From: an uncultured Acidobacteriaceae bacterium
Lineage (GTDB): Bacteria; Acidobacteriota; Terriglobia; Terriglobales; Acidobacteriaceae
Length of the DNA stretch: 64,000 bases
Assembly: GCA_963782105.1 (NCBI GenBank)
Contig: CAWAII010000013.1
Span: forward strand, 139,042 to 203,041
Direction: 5' to 3'
Positions 30,452 to 41,704 of the stretch are shown here, one piece after another; position 1 is the first letter of the stretch, and each line of letters opens with the position of its first letter. The notes under the pieces were generated by a model. The model worked only from the letters and a program-made list of their open reading frames with translations. It had not been told where the DNA came from and made no database searches. Position numbers and translations under genes: made by a program.

Positions 30452-31468
30452 TCAACGGTCTTTCTCCTCGCGCTTGCATGTTATTAGTTTGGAGGTGCGG
30501 AGAGGTTTCTTTGCCGCTTCCGCCACTTGGGGAGGGGGCTGCACCCCCGCCTCTCTCAGAGCCCGGTCGATGGCCATCCAAATCTCTGCTTCCGGCAGCG
30601 CGCCCGAGATGCGCTCGCCGTTAATGAATAATGTCGGCGTACCACTCACGCCCAGGCTGTCTCCCTGCTTCATCGAAGCACGTACCGCGGTTTCGTCCTG
30701 CTTGGCGATGCACGCGTCGAGCTTGGCCAAATCCAACTTTGAGCGCTCGCCCTCGTCGTGCGCGAGCTTATCCAGCGTCTTGCAAGGCCTCATGCAGATC
30801 ATGCGCCGTTCCGGTGATCTCCTCCGCGTGCGAATGCACATAATCCACAAAGCTCCAGTAGGCGTCGCCACTCTGGTCCGCAAGGCAGTGCGCGTTAACC
30901 GCCGCGTGCATCGCCCAAGGGTGGATTTCCACCAGAGGGTAGTCCTTGTAGAAGAACTTGACCAGCCCTTTGTAGCGATCCCCGTGGCCGGGAAAAGTTG
31001 CTCGTGCATGCGCGCGCAGTAAGGGCACTCCAGGTCGTCGAAGTTCACAATGGTGACCTTGGCGTCGGGCGTCCCCCGCAAAGGACGATTCTGGGTCGAG
31101 ATCATGTCTGCGGGATTATGGCTGATGTCAAACTTCTCCAGCCGCGCTACCGTGTTGCCATCGCTGGAGAGAAGAAAATTCACTGTCGTCTGTTTGCCAT
31201 TGCTGGAAAAAGTGATCGGCAGGTTTTGAAATCCCGGAAAGTCGCTCTTGCTGGTCGCTCCGATGGTGACGTCGACATTCGGGGGAACCTCGAATTGCGA
31301 ACGGACCAGCACTTCAATTCTCCGGTTCAGCTGAGAGGTGGGGGCGGGAGAAGCGCTATTCGATGCGGTGTTGGGGGGACTCTGCGCCTTGCAGCCTGCG
31401 GACAAGAGAACGAGCAGGCACCAAACAAGGGTACGGCGTAGAGACAAGAAACCACCTTTCCAGACCAT
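30452..31468 (-). pseudogene. DsbA-family thiol:disulfide oxidoreductase lipoprotein with two compensating frameshifts
   Basis: Lipobox LLSAGC and thioredoxin motif CPYC. The central stretch of the long ORF is R/T/S-rich nonsense. The overlapping frame 30768..31028 reads DRYKGLVKFFYKDYPLVEIHPWAMHAAVNAHCLADQ. The C-terminus VSGTPTLFINGERISG is back in the first frame. Confidence 0.7.
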
Positions 31469-31708
31469 ATCTCCATTAGAGCATTTCCCCGTTGCTGTGT
31501 CGCTTGCAGGGAGCCTACGTGCATCTTTTCTTAACGAATAGGCTGCGTTCTCCCGGATTTCCTGTCGAAGCTGGTGACTCAGCGTACTTCATACCGCTTT
31601 CTTCAAGGGAAGCCGCGCCAGCTTACTCGTGGTGGGCGCCACGCAGCAAATGCCCGGTTTTTCCATTCCGTGTCCAGCGACGCAATCTTCGGAAACGCCG
31701 GAACGGGA

Positions 31709-34253
31709 TCAAAAGATTCGCTCCGAATGTTTCAGGTTTCCGGCGGCTCCCACTCCGGCCAGGGTGAAGTTGAAGCTGTATTGATTCTCATTACGTACCG
31801 AGCCCAGAGCCAGGCGCCGGTATTCGACGCTGAAGCCACAGCAGTCCCAGTTATAGGAGGACTGGATGCCCCCATACTGCAGGGCATTCTGGATAAAGTC
31901 GTAGCCGGCATTGACGGCCGCGCTCAGCCCACGCTTGGTCGGATCTCCATACCCCAGCAATAGACGCAGCAGGTTGTACTTCGTTACCTGGCTGGCAAGG
32001 TGGCGGTAAACGTGGCATTCAGTGCCTGAAGCGTGGAATACCCACGCTCCCGAAGACGCTATCCCGGCGGTAGTCGGCAAAGACATTGCTGGCGTCCATC
32101 GTTTGGTCTTGGCGTCGTAGTCCGCATCCCATTCAAAGTCCATGTGTTCAGCCGTGCGGACCTTCAAGCGCGAAATCACCGGGGAGTAGTTGCGCGGCCC
32201 ATTCAGAAAAGCTACGCCGCTGAGGTCGAGCGTCGAGGTAAGCACGTTGCGCCGGAACGGAGAGGCGGCGCCCCCAAAAGACGGGTCGAAGAAGTATTTC
32301 GCGGCCAGCTTCCAGGTAATCCACTCGTTGGTATCGCCACCGCATTCGGTGTAAGTTGGCGGCACATTGATGATCCCGTTACTGGGCGCAAGGAGAGCGC
32401 CGCTGGTGCAGGGCTTGGGATGCAAATGCTTGAGGAAGAGCCTCTGGGTCAGCGAGTATTCCAACTCATTGGTATCGCTCACGACATCGGTGGGATCGAA
32501 ACGCGGAATAGAAGAGAAGTTATTGACTCCGGCAACGTAGCGGTACTGCACATCAGGCTCAATCGCATGGCGCAAGTCGCTACCAAAGAGCCGTTCCAGG
32601 GCGGGCGCCTTGAAATCCCGAACCAGCGCCGGCGGTCGCAGGTCAAGACCAGCCTCCACATCGAAGCGATTGACCGCAGCGTTTCCCAGGAGGGGGGTCG
32701 TGCTGCTGGGGATCTGGCTCTGCGTGTAGAACGTCTCGCGAGCGCCCACTTCCGGCCGCAAGGTCCAGCCATCCAGGTGCAGAGGCAAGGAGAGGTGGGG
32801 GTAAAGATCGAAGCGCCCAACCCCGCCAGTCTTGAAGCCCGGCTCACTGCGGTTTAGCCCGGCAGCCGAACCGTCTACGCTCCATCGCAAGGGCGTGGCC
32901 TGCAATGGCTGATCGACAGTGTCGAAATCGAGGCTAGGCACATGGAGGATGCGGATCTGGGGTGTTTGGTAGGTGTTCCCCACCTGGGTGATGCCTTCGA
33001 AGTTCTGATAGCGGTCGAAACGAATGCTCTGCGAAAGGCCGCCCTCATTGTGAGTCACGAACGCCGAAGACGTCACCTGAGAGGCGACTGCGAGCGCGAA
33101 GGATTCAGCGAATGCCTCGCGATAGACATACGAGCTGAGATATTCGCCGGTGGCCACGGCACGGGTGTGCTCGTCCAGGTCAAAATCGCGCCGGCCGCTA
33201 AAAAGAATGTCCTGGCCGCCCTGGTTGATATAGGTCGGGCGCCAATCCCCGGTCGAACAGCGCAGTAAAGTGTGCCGAGACAAAATCCTCTCCACGTCCG
33301 CGATAGCGGAACTCGCCGCTGGGCGACCAGCCGCGCTTGGAGAAGTATTGCGTGCCGAAGGTGGCATCCATGCTGCGATTGAGGACTAAGTAGATCGACT
33401 CGCCGACGATGGTCCCTTTGGTGGACGACGTACCGAAGACGGGGATCAGCAAGCCGCTCGCCCGGCTCGTGGTGTCCACCGGGTGGGTGACATAGGGGAG
33501 GAAGAGAATGGGCACGCCAAGGATGGTGAAGTAGCTGTTCTTCGCCCGCGCCATTCCGTCGGCCACCCGGATCAGGGAAGAATGGATCAGCCAGTCCGGG
33601 TCAGGCAGGAGACATGAGGTCATGGTGCCGTCGACTACCTGGTAGCGGTCCGGCCCTTCTTTGATGAGCAAACGGCCGGTGAAGAGAAACGGGTTCGAGG
33701 TGGTGTAGACCAGCTTGCGCTTGCTCGTGGAGGGCTGCCGGCCGACGCTGCCCGTCACGTTATAAAAACGGCCAGTCTCCAGGTCAAGATTGAGGTTGCC
33801 GTGGTCGGCGATAATGAGTTCGTTGTTCCGTCCGCCCTGGAGCCGCACATGGCCATCCGCCTCAGCGTCCTTGGTGTCCTTATTGTAGGAAACCTTATCC
33901 GCGGTGAGGGTGTAGTCCTTGTAGTCGATTCTGACTTCGCCGGTCAGCATATAGACACTGCCATGAATTTCCTGCTGATTGGATTGGAGGCCCACGGGAA
34001 CACCTGTGGGCGGCGCGGCAACCACTTCAGCAATCGGGTAGCCAGGGGCGTCGGGGAGTGTTCCTGAGCCGGTAGCAGGCGCCTCCGGGCTCTGCGCCGC
34101 AGGGCTAATCGTTGCAACGCTTGGCCCCGCTTTGCCGGCGGCGGAACTCCCGGGAGCTGCCGAGGGAAGCTGCCTGGTCAACGTCTGCGGCCAAAGCTGC
34201 GGATGACAGAGCGTTAACGCTGTGATAAACAAAAAGGGGCGGGCTCTCATCAC
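31709..34253 (-). pseudogene. lptD: LPS-assembly protein LptD (OstA family), at least 1 frameshift (about 33240)
   Basis: Signal peptide and an OstA-like N-domain (YTLTADKVSYNKDTKDAEADGHVRLQGG) in 33198..34253. The beta-barrel portion in 31709..33367 ends in ..SERIF (aromatic C-terminus). Confidence 0.75.
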
Positions 34254-34393
34254 CGGGGGCGAAGCCAGAATAGCAAAAGGGTCGCGCCAAGAGCACCTGA
34301 CGGTTCCGTCATTGTGACCATTTTGAGTTGGTTTGTTGCTCTCTTTGCGCTTGCCAATGAAGATAGAAACGTATTACCGTCGCCTCCACTCTA

Positions 34394-35653
34394 TTGTCGC
34401 CCAAACGGGATCCCCACGACCACGGGTGCGGTTTACTCCATACTTCTTTTTCCCGGGCCAGGGACCGCGCATCTCAAGAGAGGGGGACAGAATTGAGTAC
34501 TTCTTCGCCGAATCTGGGAGAAAAACTCACCCGTGAAGGTACTGCTGGAGCTGTGCCGCCATGGAAGCAGGAACTGAACGAGCGCCTTGCCGCGACGCGC
34601 TCGCGCCGGCTGCGCAACAAGGAAGAGAAGGCTGGCCTTTCCGGCCTTGAGCGCAAGGAGGGCAAAGTTGAATCTCGCGCCTCCCGGCTCGCCGCCAAGG
34701 TAGCTCAGCGGTACGCAAACGCCCCGTCCTACAGTGAAGTCTTCGCGGCTGAGGCTCGCGCTCGTGCCCGGGCAGCGGCGTCAAGTCCGGCGTTGCCGGC
34801 CGTCGACGGTACTCGCACCTTGCCGGACCGGTCCTACAAGTCTCCCGAAAGCTCGAATGGTTCGCTGGGCAGCGAAGCGGGCCTGACCGCCGCAGTGGGC
34901 TTGGAGCCACGAGAGGCCGTGTTTGTCTCCCCCGAGGAACCCGGCGAAGAGGCGGTGGTCGCGCCGGTGGAACCCTTGGCGGCGAATCTCATCGAGTTTC
35001 CGCGGGAACTGGTGGCGGCACGCAAAATCCGCCCTCGGCTCGCCGAAGGTCCGTTGCGTGAGAGCTTGCAGGAGGCAGAGCACGATCAGGCACAGCTCAA
35101 GATCTTCGAAGTGGCCGCGGAGAGTATTTCGCAGACCGTAACCATCGCGGCGCCCGCCGTGGATTGGTCTCCGATCCGGCTGGATACAGATCCTATTTCC
35201 GCGGTCCATCCTGAGGGGCTGTCGTCCTCCGAGGAGACTCTACTCAGCACCGCGCCGCTGGAAGACCGGTTGATGGCCGGGATCTTCGATTTTGCGTTGG
35301 TGCTGGCTGCCTTCGCGCTCTTCGTCCTGGTTTTCGCTGCTTGTACGACCCATCCGCCCACAGGAAAGCCGGCGCTGCTGGGAGCCGGTTTGGTGCTGGC
35401 GGGGTTCTTCCTGCTCTACCAATACCTGTTCTTCAAGTTTGCTGACGGCACGCCGGGGATGCGCTACGCGAAAATCGCACTGTGCACCTTTGAGGACGAG
35501 AATCCAACTCGACAGGCGATGTGCCGGCGGGTTTTCTTTCTGTTTCTCTCCGCAGCTCCGCTGGGGTTGGGCTTTGCCTGGGCATGGTTCGACCCGGATC
35601 GTCTGGGATGGCATGACCGGCTGTCAGGAATCTACCCGCGAAGCTATTCCTAA
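34394..35653 (+). CDS. RDD-family membrane protein with long low-complexity N-terminal region
   Basis: C-terminal RDD domain (RLMAGIFDFALVLAAF..GTPGMRYAKIAL..GWHDRLSGIY). The start codon is uncertain, so the true start may be downstream of 34394. Confidence 0.65.
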   Translation: MSPKRDPHDHGCGLLHTSFSRARDRASQERGTELSTSSPNLGEKLTREGTAGAVPPWKQELNERLAATRSRRLRNKEEKAGLSGLERKEGKVESRASRLAAKVAQRYANAPSYSEVFAAEARARARAAASSPALPAVDGTRTLPDRSYKSPESSNGSLGSEAGLTAAVGLEPREAVFVSPEEPGEEAVVAPVEPLAANLIEFPRELVAARKIRPRLAEGPLRESLQEAEHDQAQLKIFEVAAESISQTVTIAAPAVDWSPIRLDTDPISAVHPEGLSSSEETLLSTAPLEDRLMAGIFDFALVLAAFALFVLVFAACTTHPPTGKPALLGAGLVLAGFFLLYQYLFFKFADGTPGMRYAKIALCTFEDENPTRQAMCRRVFFLFLSAAPLGLGFAWAWFDPDRLGWHDRLSGIYPRSYS

Positions 35654-35751
35654 CGCCTGCTACGGGCTTTCAAGGAACCTGGGGCATCCGTCCGTCGTCT
35701 CTACCCTTTGTTTGTTTGTACCCTTCGCCGTCTAATTACGACAGAAAATTG

Positions 35752-36645
35752 CTAGGGGGCGGGAGCCAAGAGGGCCGATGCCGCAGAGCCGATGACCCCG
35801 ATCTCGCTGTTCTCCGGTACAATCTCCAACCCGTAGCTCTGCAGGGGGCTCATCTTGACCATCTGCCACAAGTACTCCTTGAGCAGATTCAGATCGAGGA
35901 ACCGGACGTTGATGCCGGTGTAGTAGAAGCGGCCCGGCCCGCCCAAATGGATCGAGGTGGCGGTAGCGGCGCCCAGGCCGCGATGCCAGAGCCTCACGAA
36001 GTCCATGCAGCGGGCGTCGCCTTTCTTGGCCGCGGCAAAAATCTCCTCCGGTTCCATGTCGAGGAAGCGCAGGCGCATCGCACGGTGCCCCATGATTCCT
36101 TCCAGGTGTCCTCGCCCGCCGCATCCGCAGTAGGTTTCTTTGTGATCGAGCGTGACCACCATGTGACCGCCCTCCCACACGCCTTCGACGTAAGGATAGC
36201 GGCCGAATCCAATCCCGTTGCCCAGCGTCCAAACCCGCACCAGGCGATCCGTGCGGCCATGGGTCACCGCTAGCCCTGCCGCCACGGCATCGGCGTCATT
36301 CATGGTCTTGATCGGTGCGTGGATGCCCTGCGACTGGAAGATGGCAGCCAGCGATTCTGCGATGTTCCCACCCTTCAGTTGAGCCAGGTTAGGCGAGTCC
36401 TGCACGATGCCGCCGCGAATAATGCCGGGGATGGCGACGCCGATGGCATCGATTTTGCCCTGCGGGTGAATCGCCATCACCTGATCGCAGATCAGGCGGC
36501 AAAGGCTGTCGAAGGGATGATCCAGCAGAGCTTCATGATCGTCCGGATTCTCTGGGAAAGTGTGCAGCGATCCGACCAGCTTGTGATCTTCGATGAGCCC
36601 CGCGACAATTCGTGAGGACACGACAACGCCAATGGTCCTATCCAT
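35752..36645 (-). CDS. ROK-family sugar kinase (glucokinase-like)
   Basis: Intact 297-codon ORF with ROK signatures NDADAVAAG and a CGCGGRGHLE zinc motif. Confidence 0.8.
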   Translation of the reverse strand: MDRTIGVVVSSRIVAGLIEDHKLVGSLHTFPENPDDHEALLDHPFDSLCRLICDQVMAIHPQGKIDAIGVAIPGIIRGGIVQDSPNLAQLKGGNIAESLAAIFQSQGIHAPIKTMNDADAVAAGLAVTHGRTDRLVRVWTLGNGIGFGRYPYVEGVWEGGHMVVTLDHKETYCGCGGRGHLEGIMGHRAMRLRFLDMEPEEIFAAAKKGDARCMDFVRLWHRGLGAATATSIHLGGPGRFYYTGINVRFLDLNLLKEYLWQMVKMSPLQSYGLEIVPENSEIGVIGSAASALLAPAP

Positions 36646-36662
36646 CAGACCCTTTCTTTAAA

Positions 36663-36771
36663 ACAGTTTCACAGTTACTGTTGCCTCATAAAGATCGCGA
36701 GGTGTGGTTTTCTTTGGGGGAAAACCACGTAAATCTCATTGCCTTCGGTCTACACCCTACTGTGAAACTGC
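36663..36771 (+). repeat. intergenic repeat family, copy B (complete)
   Basis: Terminal stem CAGTTTCACAGT (36664-36675) / ACTGTGAAACTG (36759-36770), 12 of 12 bp. Internal hairpin GTGGTTTTC (36704-36712) / GAAAACCAC (36720-36728). Core blocks are TCGCGAGGTGTG, CCACGTAA and GCCTTCGGTCTACACC. It fills the sthA-ROK spacer and abuts the sthA stop. Confidence 0.75.
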
Positions 36772-38169
36772 TTAATCCGCTGCCCGGGCCAGGCGGTTAA
36801 TGCCGTTGAAGGCTGCAGCCTTATAGCACTCGGCAAGGGTGGGGTAATTGAACACCGTATCGATGAAGTAGTCCAGTGTGCCGCCGAGCACCATGACCGC
36901 CTGCCCGATGTGCAGCAGTTCGCTGGCGCCTTCTCCGATGATGTGCACGCCCAGCAAATGGCGTGTTTCGCGGTGAAAGACGATCTTCAGGCGTCCCGTG
37001 GTATCGCCGCGGATCTGCCCGCGAGCAATCTCGCGGTAGTAGGCGACGCCCACCTCATAAGGCACATCTTCATCGGTGAGCTGCTCCTCGGTCTTGCCGA
37101 TAAACGAGATCTCCGGGATGGTATAGATGCCGTAGGGATAGTAGCTGGGATTGGACACCAGGTTCTCGTTGCCGAAGGCGCGCGCGACGGCGATACGGCC
37201 CTGCTCCATCGACACCGAGGCCAGGCTGGGAAAGCCGATCACGTCTCCCACCGCGAAGATGCCCGGCACCTTGGTGCGGAAGTCCTTGTCCACCGGGATG
37301 CGGCCGCGAGAATCCGCCTCGATGCCAACCCCAGCCAGGTTGAGTTCGTCGACATTGCCGGCGCGGCCGACCGCATACAACAAGGCCCCCCCGGAAATTC
37401 TTTTTTTGCTTTCCAGGTTGGCGACTACACTACAATCCGGCAGCTCTTCCACGCTTTCCACCTCTTCGTTCAGGCGCATGGTCACGCGGCTGTCGCGCAG
37501 GTGGTAGCTGAGCGCCTCGACGATCTCCTGATCGGCAAACTCCAGCAGCTTTGGCCGCTTTTCGATCAGAGTAACGCGAACGCCGAGCGCGGCGAACATG
37601 CAGGTGTACTCGACGCCGATGACGCCGCCGCCCACCACGATCAGCGTCTTGGGCAGTTTGGGCAGGTCCAGGATCTGGTCACTGTTGACAATGGTGCGGC
37701 CGTTGGTGGGCACCCTGGGAGAGTCGGCCGGCTTGGTGCCGGTGGCGATGATGATGTTCTTCGCCTCGTAGACTGTCGTGCCTGTCTCATTGGTCACTTT
37801 CACATGGGTGGCTGTCTTCAAAGCTGGCCACCCCGGCGAGCACGTCGATGCCATTGCGCGAAAGCTGGGCCTCGGTCACATCAATCTCGGTCTTGATCAC
37901 GTGCTGGACCCGGAACGCAAGGTCCGCCATCGTGATCTTTTCCTTCACCCGATAGTTCATGCCGTAGATCGAACGGTAGTTATAGCCGGAGAGATGCAGA
38001 ACGGCTTCGCGCATCGTCTTGCTGGGAATGGTGCCGGTATTGACCGAGACCCCACCAACGTTCGCATCTTCTCCACCACAGCGACTCGCTTGCCCAGCTT
38101 GTTGGCGTAGATCGCGGCTCGCTGTCCGGCCGGGCCGGAACCAATGATGATCAGATCGTAGGTAATCAT
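36772..38169 (-). pseudogene. sthA: soluble pyridine nucleotide transhydrogenase (SthA-like flavoprotein), at least 2 frameshifts (about 38060 and about 37810-37850)
   Basis: [15 protein letters not shown], then [19 protein letters not shown] (no redox Cys pair, as in SthA) in a second frame, then VVGGGVIGVEY..AVGDV and the dimerisation domain in 36772..37854. Confidence 0.8.
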
Positions 38170-38267
38170 GCCTTGTTGGAAGGTTACCGGAAGTACGAAT
38201 GGGAGAGATTAATTTCCCATTTCAGTGAGCTCGCCCAAAAACCACCCGCCAGAGATCTAACGGTGAA

Positions 38268-39017
38268 ATGCATGACCTACTTTTAGCATACGCGCCCGTT
38301 GTTTGGTTCAGCGAAGCGTGGCCAGCTACACTCCACAGGATGCAACTCTGTGCCATTACAGACCGGAGGCGCCTCCCGGGCCATGCCAATGGGCACGCCG
38401 CCGAGGCGAGTCTTCGCCAACGGCTCCTCGATCTTGTGGAGGGCTGGGCTACCGGGGGCGTGGATTTCATCCAACTGCGGGAGAAAGATCTCGCTGCGCC
38501 CGCGCTCGAGTCCCTGGCCAGGGAAATGATGGGGAAGATCGCCCGGAGCCACGCGAAGCTGCTGGTGAATGTCTCCACGCCGGGATCGGCGATGCTGGCG
38601 CTGGCCGCGGGCGCCGATGGAGTTCATCTTGCAGGTAAACCCGCGGCAGGTGCGGCCAGGGGCGTGCGCCAGGCCTTTCGCTCCAGCGGCCGCGCTGTGA
38701 TCGTCAGCATGCCCTGCCACAGCCTGGAAGACATCGATCTAGCCTGGAAAGAGCAGGCTGACCTGGTGCTCTTCTCTCCGGTTTTCGAGAAACTGTCCCA
38801 GCGGCTCGGGGCCCCGGAGGTTTCCGCGCCCCAGGGACTCGAAGCACTCCGCCGGGCTTGCGTGATGGCGCACGGCATCCCGGTCTTTGCCTTGGGCGGC
38901 GTCACCGGCGCCAATGCTCCAGATTGCGCTGCCGCTGGAGCCGCCGGAGTCGCCGGCATTCGTCTCTTTGTCGGAGACGATTGGCGGCAGCTAAGGGCGG
39001 GACCCCCGCCAAGCTGA
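38268..39017 (+). CDS. thiE: thiamine-phosphate synthase (ThiE-like)
   Basis: LCAITDRR, VDFIQLREKDL, GADGVHL, LVLFSPVFE and VFALGGV. The true start may be the internal MQLCAITD at about 38340. Confidence 0.7.
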   Translation: MHDLLLAYAPVVWFSEAWPATLHRMQLCAITDRRRLPGHANGHAAEASLRQRLLDLVEGWATGGVDFIQLREKDLAAPALESLAREMMGKIARSHAKLLVNVSTPGSAMLALAAGADGVHLAGKPAAGAARGVRQAFRSSGRAVIVSMPCHSLEDIDLAWKEQADLVLFSPVFEKLSQRLGAPEVSAPQGLEALRRACVMAHGIPVFALGGVTGANAPDCAAAGAAGVAGIRLFVGDDWRQLRAGPPPS

Positions 39018-39054
39018 GCCTTTGGAACCATATATAGTGGGATAAGACGCAACC

Positions 39055-39762
39055 ATGCAGAGTGTTAGTTTGAAAAAGCCGTTGACCTTTCTTCGATCGG
39101 CGCAAAGCCGGCAGTCTTCACAGTTCTTCTTAATCGCACTTCTGGTTGCGGTGGGCCTCCCGTGGGCAGTTCCCTCCCATGCGCAGGACACACAAACTGT
39201 GCCGGCCGTGACGCAGGCCAAAGAAAAATTCGATGTTGGAGTGGGCGGGTTTTATCAGGTGACCAACGCGTCCAATGGCAACTTCATTCGCGAGGACACG
39301 ACCGAGTCCTATGGACCCCTGGTCAGTTTTCGCCAGCCCTATCGCCCTTGGGTGGGCTACGAAGCAAACCTCGGGTTTACCAGCTTCTACGAGGCCTACA
39401 ACAAGGGCGTGGTCAAGCTCAAGAGCAACGACACCGACCTCAGCGTCTCTTATCTGCTCCAGTCGCCTCTCATTTACGGGTTTCAGCCGTTTCTGACGTT
39501 GGGCGGGGGGATTATCTATTTTTCCCCAACAGGGACGGTCACCAATACGAACACGGCGACGCCAAGCCACCTGCCGTCTCAGCTGCTGCCGGAATTCACC
39601 TACGGGATCGGCATCAACTACCCGTTCTTGGCGCACCTCGGTGCGAGGGTGCAACTTCGCGGCTTAAAATACAAGACGCCCGATTTTCACCAGTTTTTGC
39701 TGGATACCCATACGCTGCGAACAACCCTGGAACCGACCATCGGTGTCTATTATCGCTTTTGA
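39055..39762 (+). CDS. outer-membrane beta-barrel protein
   Basis: Signal peptide ending PSHAQD, alternating hydrophobic beta-strand pattern and a C-terminal ..GVYYRF. Intact 235 codons. Confidence 0.6.
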   Translation: MQSVSLKKPLTFLRSAQSRQSSQFFLIALLVAVGLPWAVPSHAQDTQTVPAVTQAKEKFDVGVGGFYQVTNASNGNFIREDTTESYGPLVSFRQPYRPWVGYEANLGFTSFYEAYNKGVVKLKSNDTDLSVSYLLQSPLIYGFQPFLTLGGGIIYFSPTGTVTNTNTATPSHLPSQLLPEFTYGIGINYPFLAHLGARVQLRGLKYKTPDFHQFLLDTHTLRTTLEPTIGVYYRF

Positions 39763-39786
39763 GGCGGCAAAAGAAGGTGCTATGGC

Positions 39787-40336
39787 ATGCTGATTACGGT
39801 GCTCGATCTCGAACGGGAGCCACTCGAATTCAATGAGACGATCCCGGCCGGCGCCATCGACTATGGCTCCGGGATTCGGCAAATCGACGGAATGCCGGTG
39901 AGCGGCCGCGCCGACCTCATCACCGAGCATCGCGGGCGCGCACAATCAGATCCAGGATATCCGTCTGCGCGCCGGCTACCGGGGCGATTCGAAATGCCCT
40001 GCGCCCGATGCCTCGATCCTGTGGCGCATCGGCTCGAAGAACACTTTGACTTGCTTTTCCGCCCGCCGGTGTCGATGCAGGCGCCTCGGAGCACGCCATC
40101 TCGACCTCCGAGACGGAAATCGGGTACTATCAAGGAGGCGGTCTTGCTCTCGAAGACGTGTTGCGGGAGCAGGTGTTGCTTTCCCTGCCGCCAGAACGCT
40201 CTGCCAGCAGGATTGCAAAGGTCTTTGCCCTGGTTGTGGACGAAATCTGAATACCGAGGTCTGCGCTTGCGATACAAGGCAAGTCGATCCGCGGTGGACA
40301 GCGTTGGCGGATCTCCGCAGCAGGATGAAAACGTAA
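39787..40336 (+). pseudogene. yceD: YceD/DUF177 family protein, at least 2 frameshifts
   Basis: The N-terminus is in the 39787 frame (..MPCARCLDPV..). The conserved C-terminus CREDCKGLCPGCGRNLN..CAC is in frame 40046..40336. It lies immediately upstream of rpmF, as usual. Confidence 0.7.
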
Positions 40337-40425
40337 AGTTGAAAGCGATCGCAGTCTGCAGCCGTTTTGGGCATCTCGTCACCGCGAGGCAGGTAGTCTG
40401 GGAGAACGCCTGAAAGGAATCTGCA

Positions 40426-40608
40426 ATGCCGAATCCAAAGCGGCGCCACTCCAAGGCCCGCACTTCCAAGCGCCGCTCGCACGACGCGCTGACTGCCATT
40501 ACCTTGTCGGAATGTCCCAATTGCCACGAGCGGAAACTACCCCATAGGGCTTGCCCCAAATGCGGCATTTACAAGGGCCGCGAAGTGCTCGAAGCCAAGG
40601 AAGCCTAG
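40426..40608 (+). CDS. rpmF: 50S ribosomal protein L32
   Basis: [43 protein letters not shown]. Confidence 0.9.
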   Translation: MPNPKRRHSKARTSKRRSHDALTAITLSECPNCHERKLPHRACPKCGIYKGREVLEAKEA

Positions 40609-40622
40609 TTCACTCCGTGCCC

Positions 40623-41682
40623 ATGCTGACGGATATTGCGCTCGACGCCATGGGCTCGGACAAGGCTCCGGAGCCGGAGATCAAGGGCGCGATACAAGCC
40701 TGCCGCCAGCTCCCGGTGCGGGTTCACCTGGTGGGGCCGGAGGCTCGCCTGCGCTCCGCGTTGCATGCCGCGACCGGCGGCGAAGAGCTGCCCATCGTCA
40801 TCGTTCCCGCCGCGGAATGGATCAGCATGGACGAAAAAGCCGCGACCGCGATCCGGAAAAAGCCGGAGAGCAGCATGCGCGTCGGTCTTCGCCTGGTGAA
40901 GGATAAGCAGGTCTCCGGCTTCCTTACGGCCGGCAATACCGGGGCCGCCATGGCGCTGGCCAAGATGGTGCTGGGGGCGCTGCCCGGCGTAGACCGTCCC
41001 TCGCTGGCGGCGATGCTGCCGACCTCCTCCGGCTCCCCTTGCGTGCTGCTTGATGTGGGCGCCAATGTCGACTGCAAGCCGCAAAATCTCGCGCAGTTTG
41101 CCGTGATGGGCGAAATGTATGCGCGCAGCGTGCTTAAGATTCCCCGTCCCCGCGTCGGCTTGCTCTCGATCGGCGAAGAAGAAGGCAAGGGCAACGATCT
41201 TACCCGCGAGGCTTCGCTCCTGCTCAAGCAGCTCTCGCTCAACTTCATCGGCAACGTGGAAGGCCGCGACATCTACAACGGCAACGCCGATGTGGTGGTC
41301 TGCGACGGGTTTGTCGGCAATGTCGCGCTGAAAACCTCAGAGGGACTGGCCCGCCTGGTGCGCGATCTGCTGCGCCAGTCGCTGAACTCCACCGTCACCG
41401 CCCAGGTGGGCGCGCTGCTGTCGCGCAAGGCATTCAACGATTTCAAGAAGCGCCTGGACTATTCCGAATATGGCGGCGCGCCGCTGCTCGGGAATCCGCG
41501 GCGTTTGCATCGTGAACCATGGCTCTTCCAACGACCGCGCCATCTATAACGGCATCCGCGTGACCGCAGAGTTCGCCCAGGCGGGTATCAACGAGCGCCT
41601 GGAGCAGGAGTTTGCCTGCCGGCGGCCGGCGGATCCGGCCTCCGAACCGGATATGGGCGTGCCCATCCAGCCAGTCCACTAA
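40623..41682 (+). pseudogene. plsX: phosphate acyltransferase PlsX, frameshift (about 41490)
   Basis: [45 protein letters not shown], then [13 protein letters not shown] in the next frame. ATG at 40623. Confidence 0.9.
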
Positions 41683-41704
41683 GTAGCTGTCCGCGTCACC
41701 CACA

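Noticed and set aside
36910-37896. 328-aa plus-strand ORF
   Set aside because: It is antisense to the SthA-like flavoprotein gene. No motifs, and skewed composition.
38170-38340. A TPP riboswitch upstream of thiE
   Set aside because: I could not find the conserved CTGAGA / ACCTGATCTGGATAATGCCAGCG-type core on either strand.
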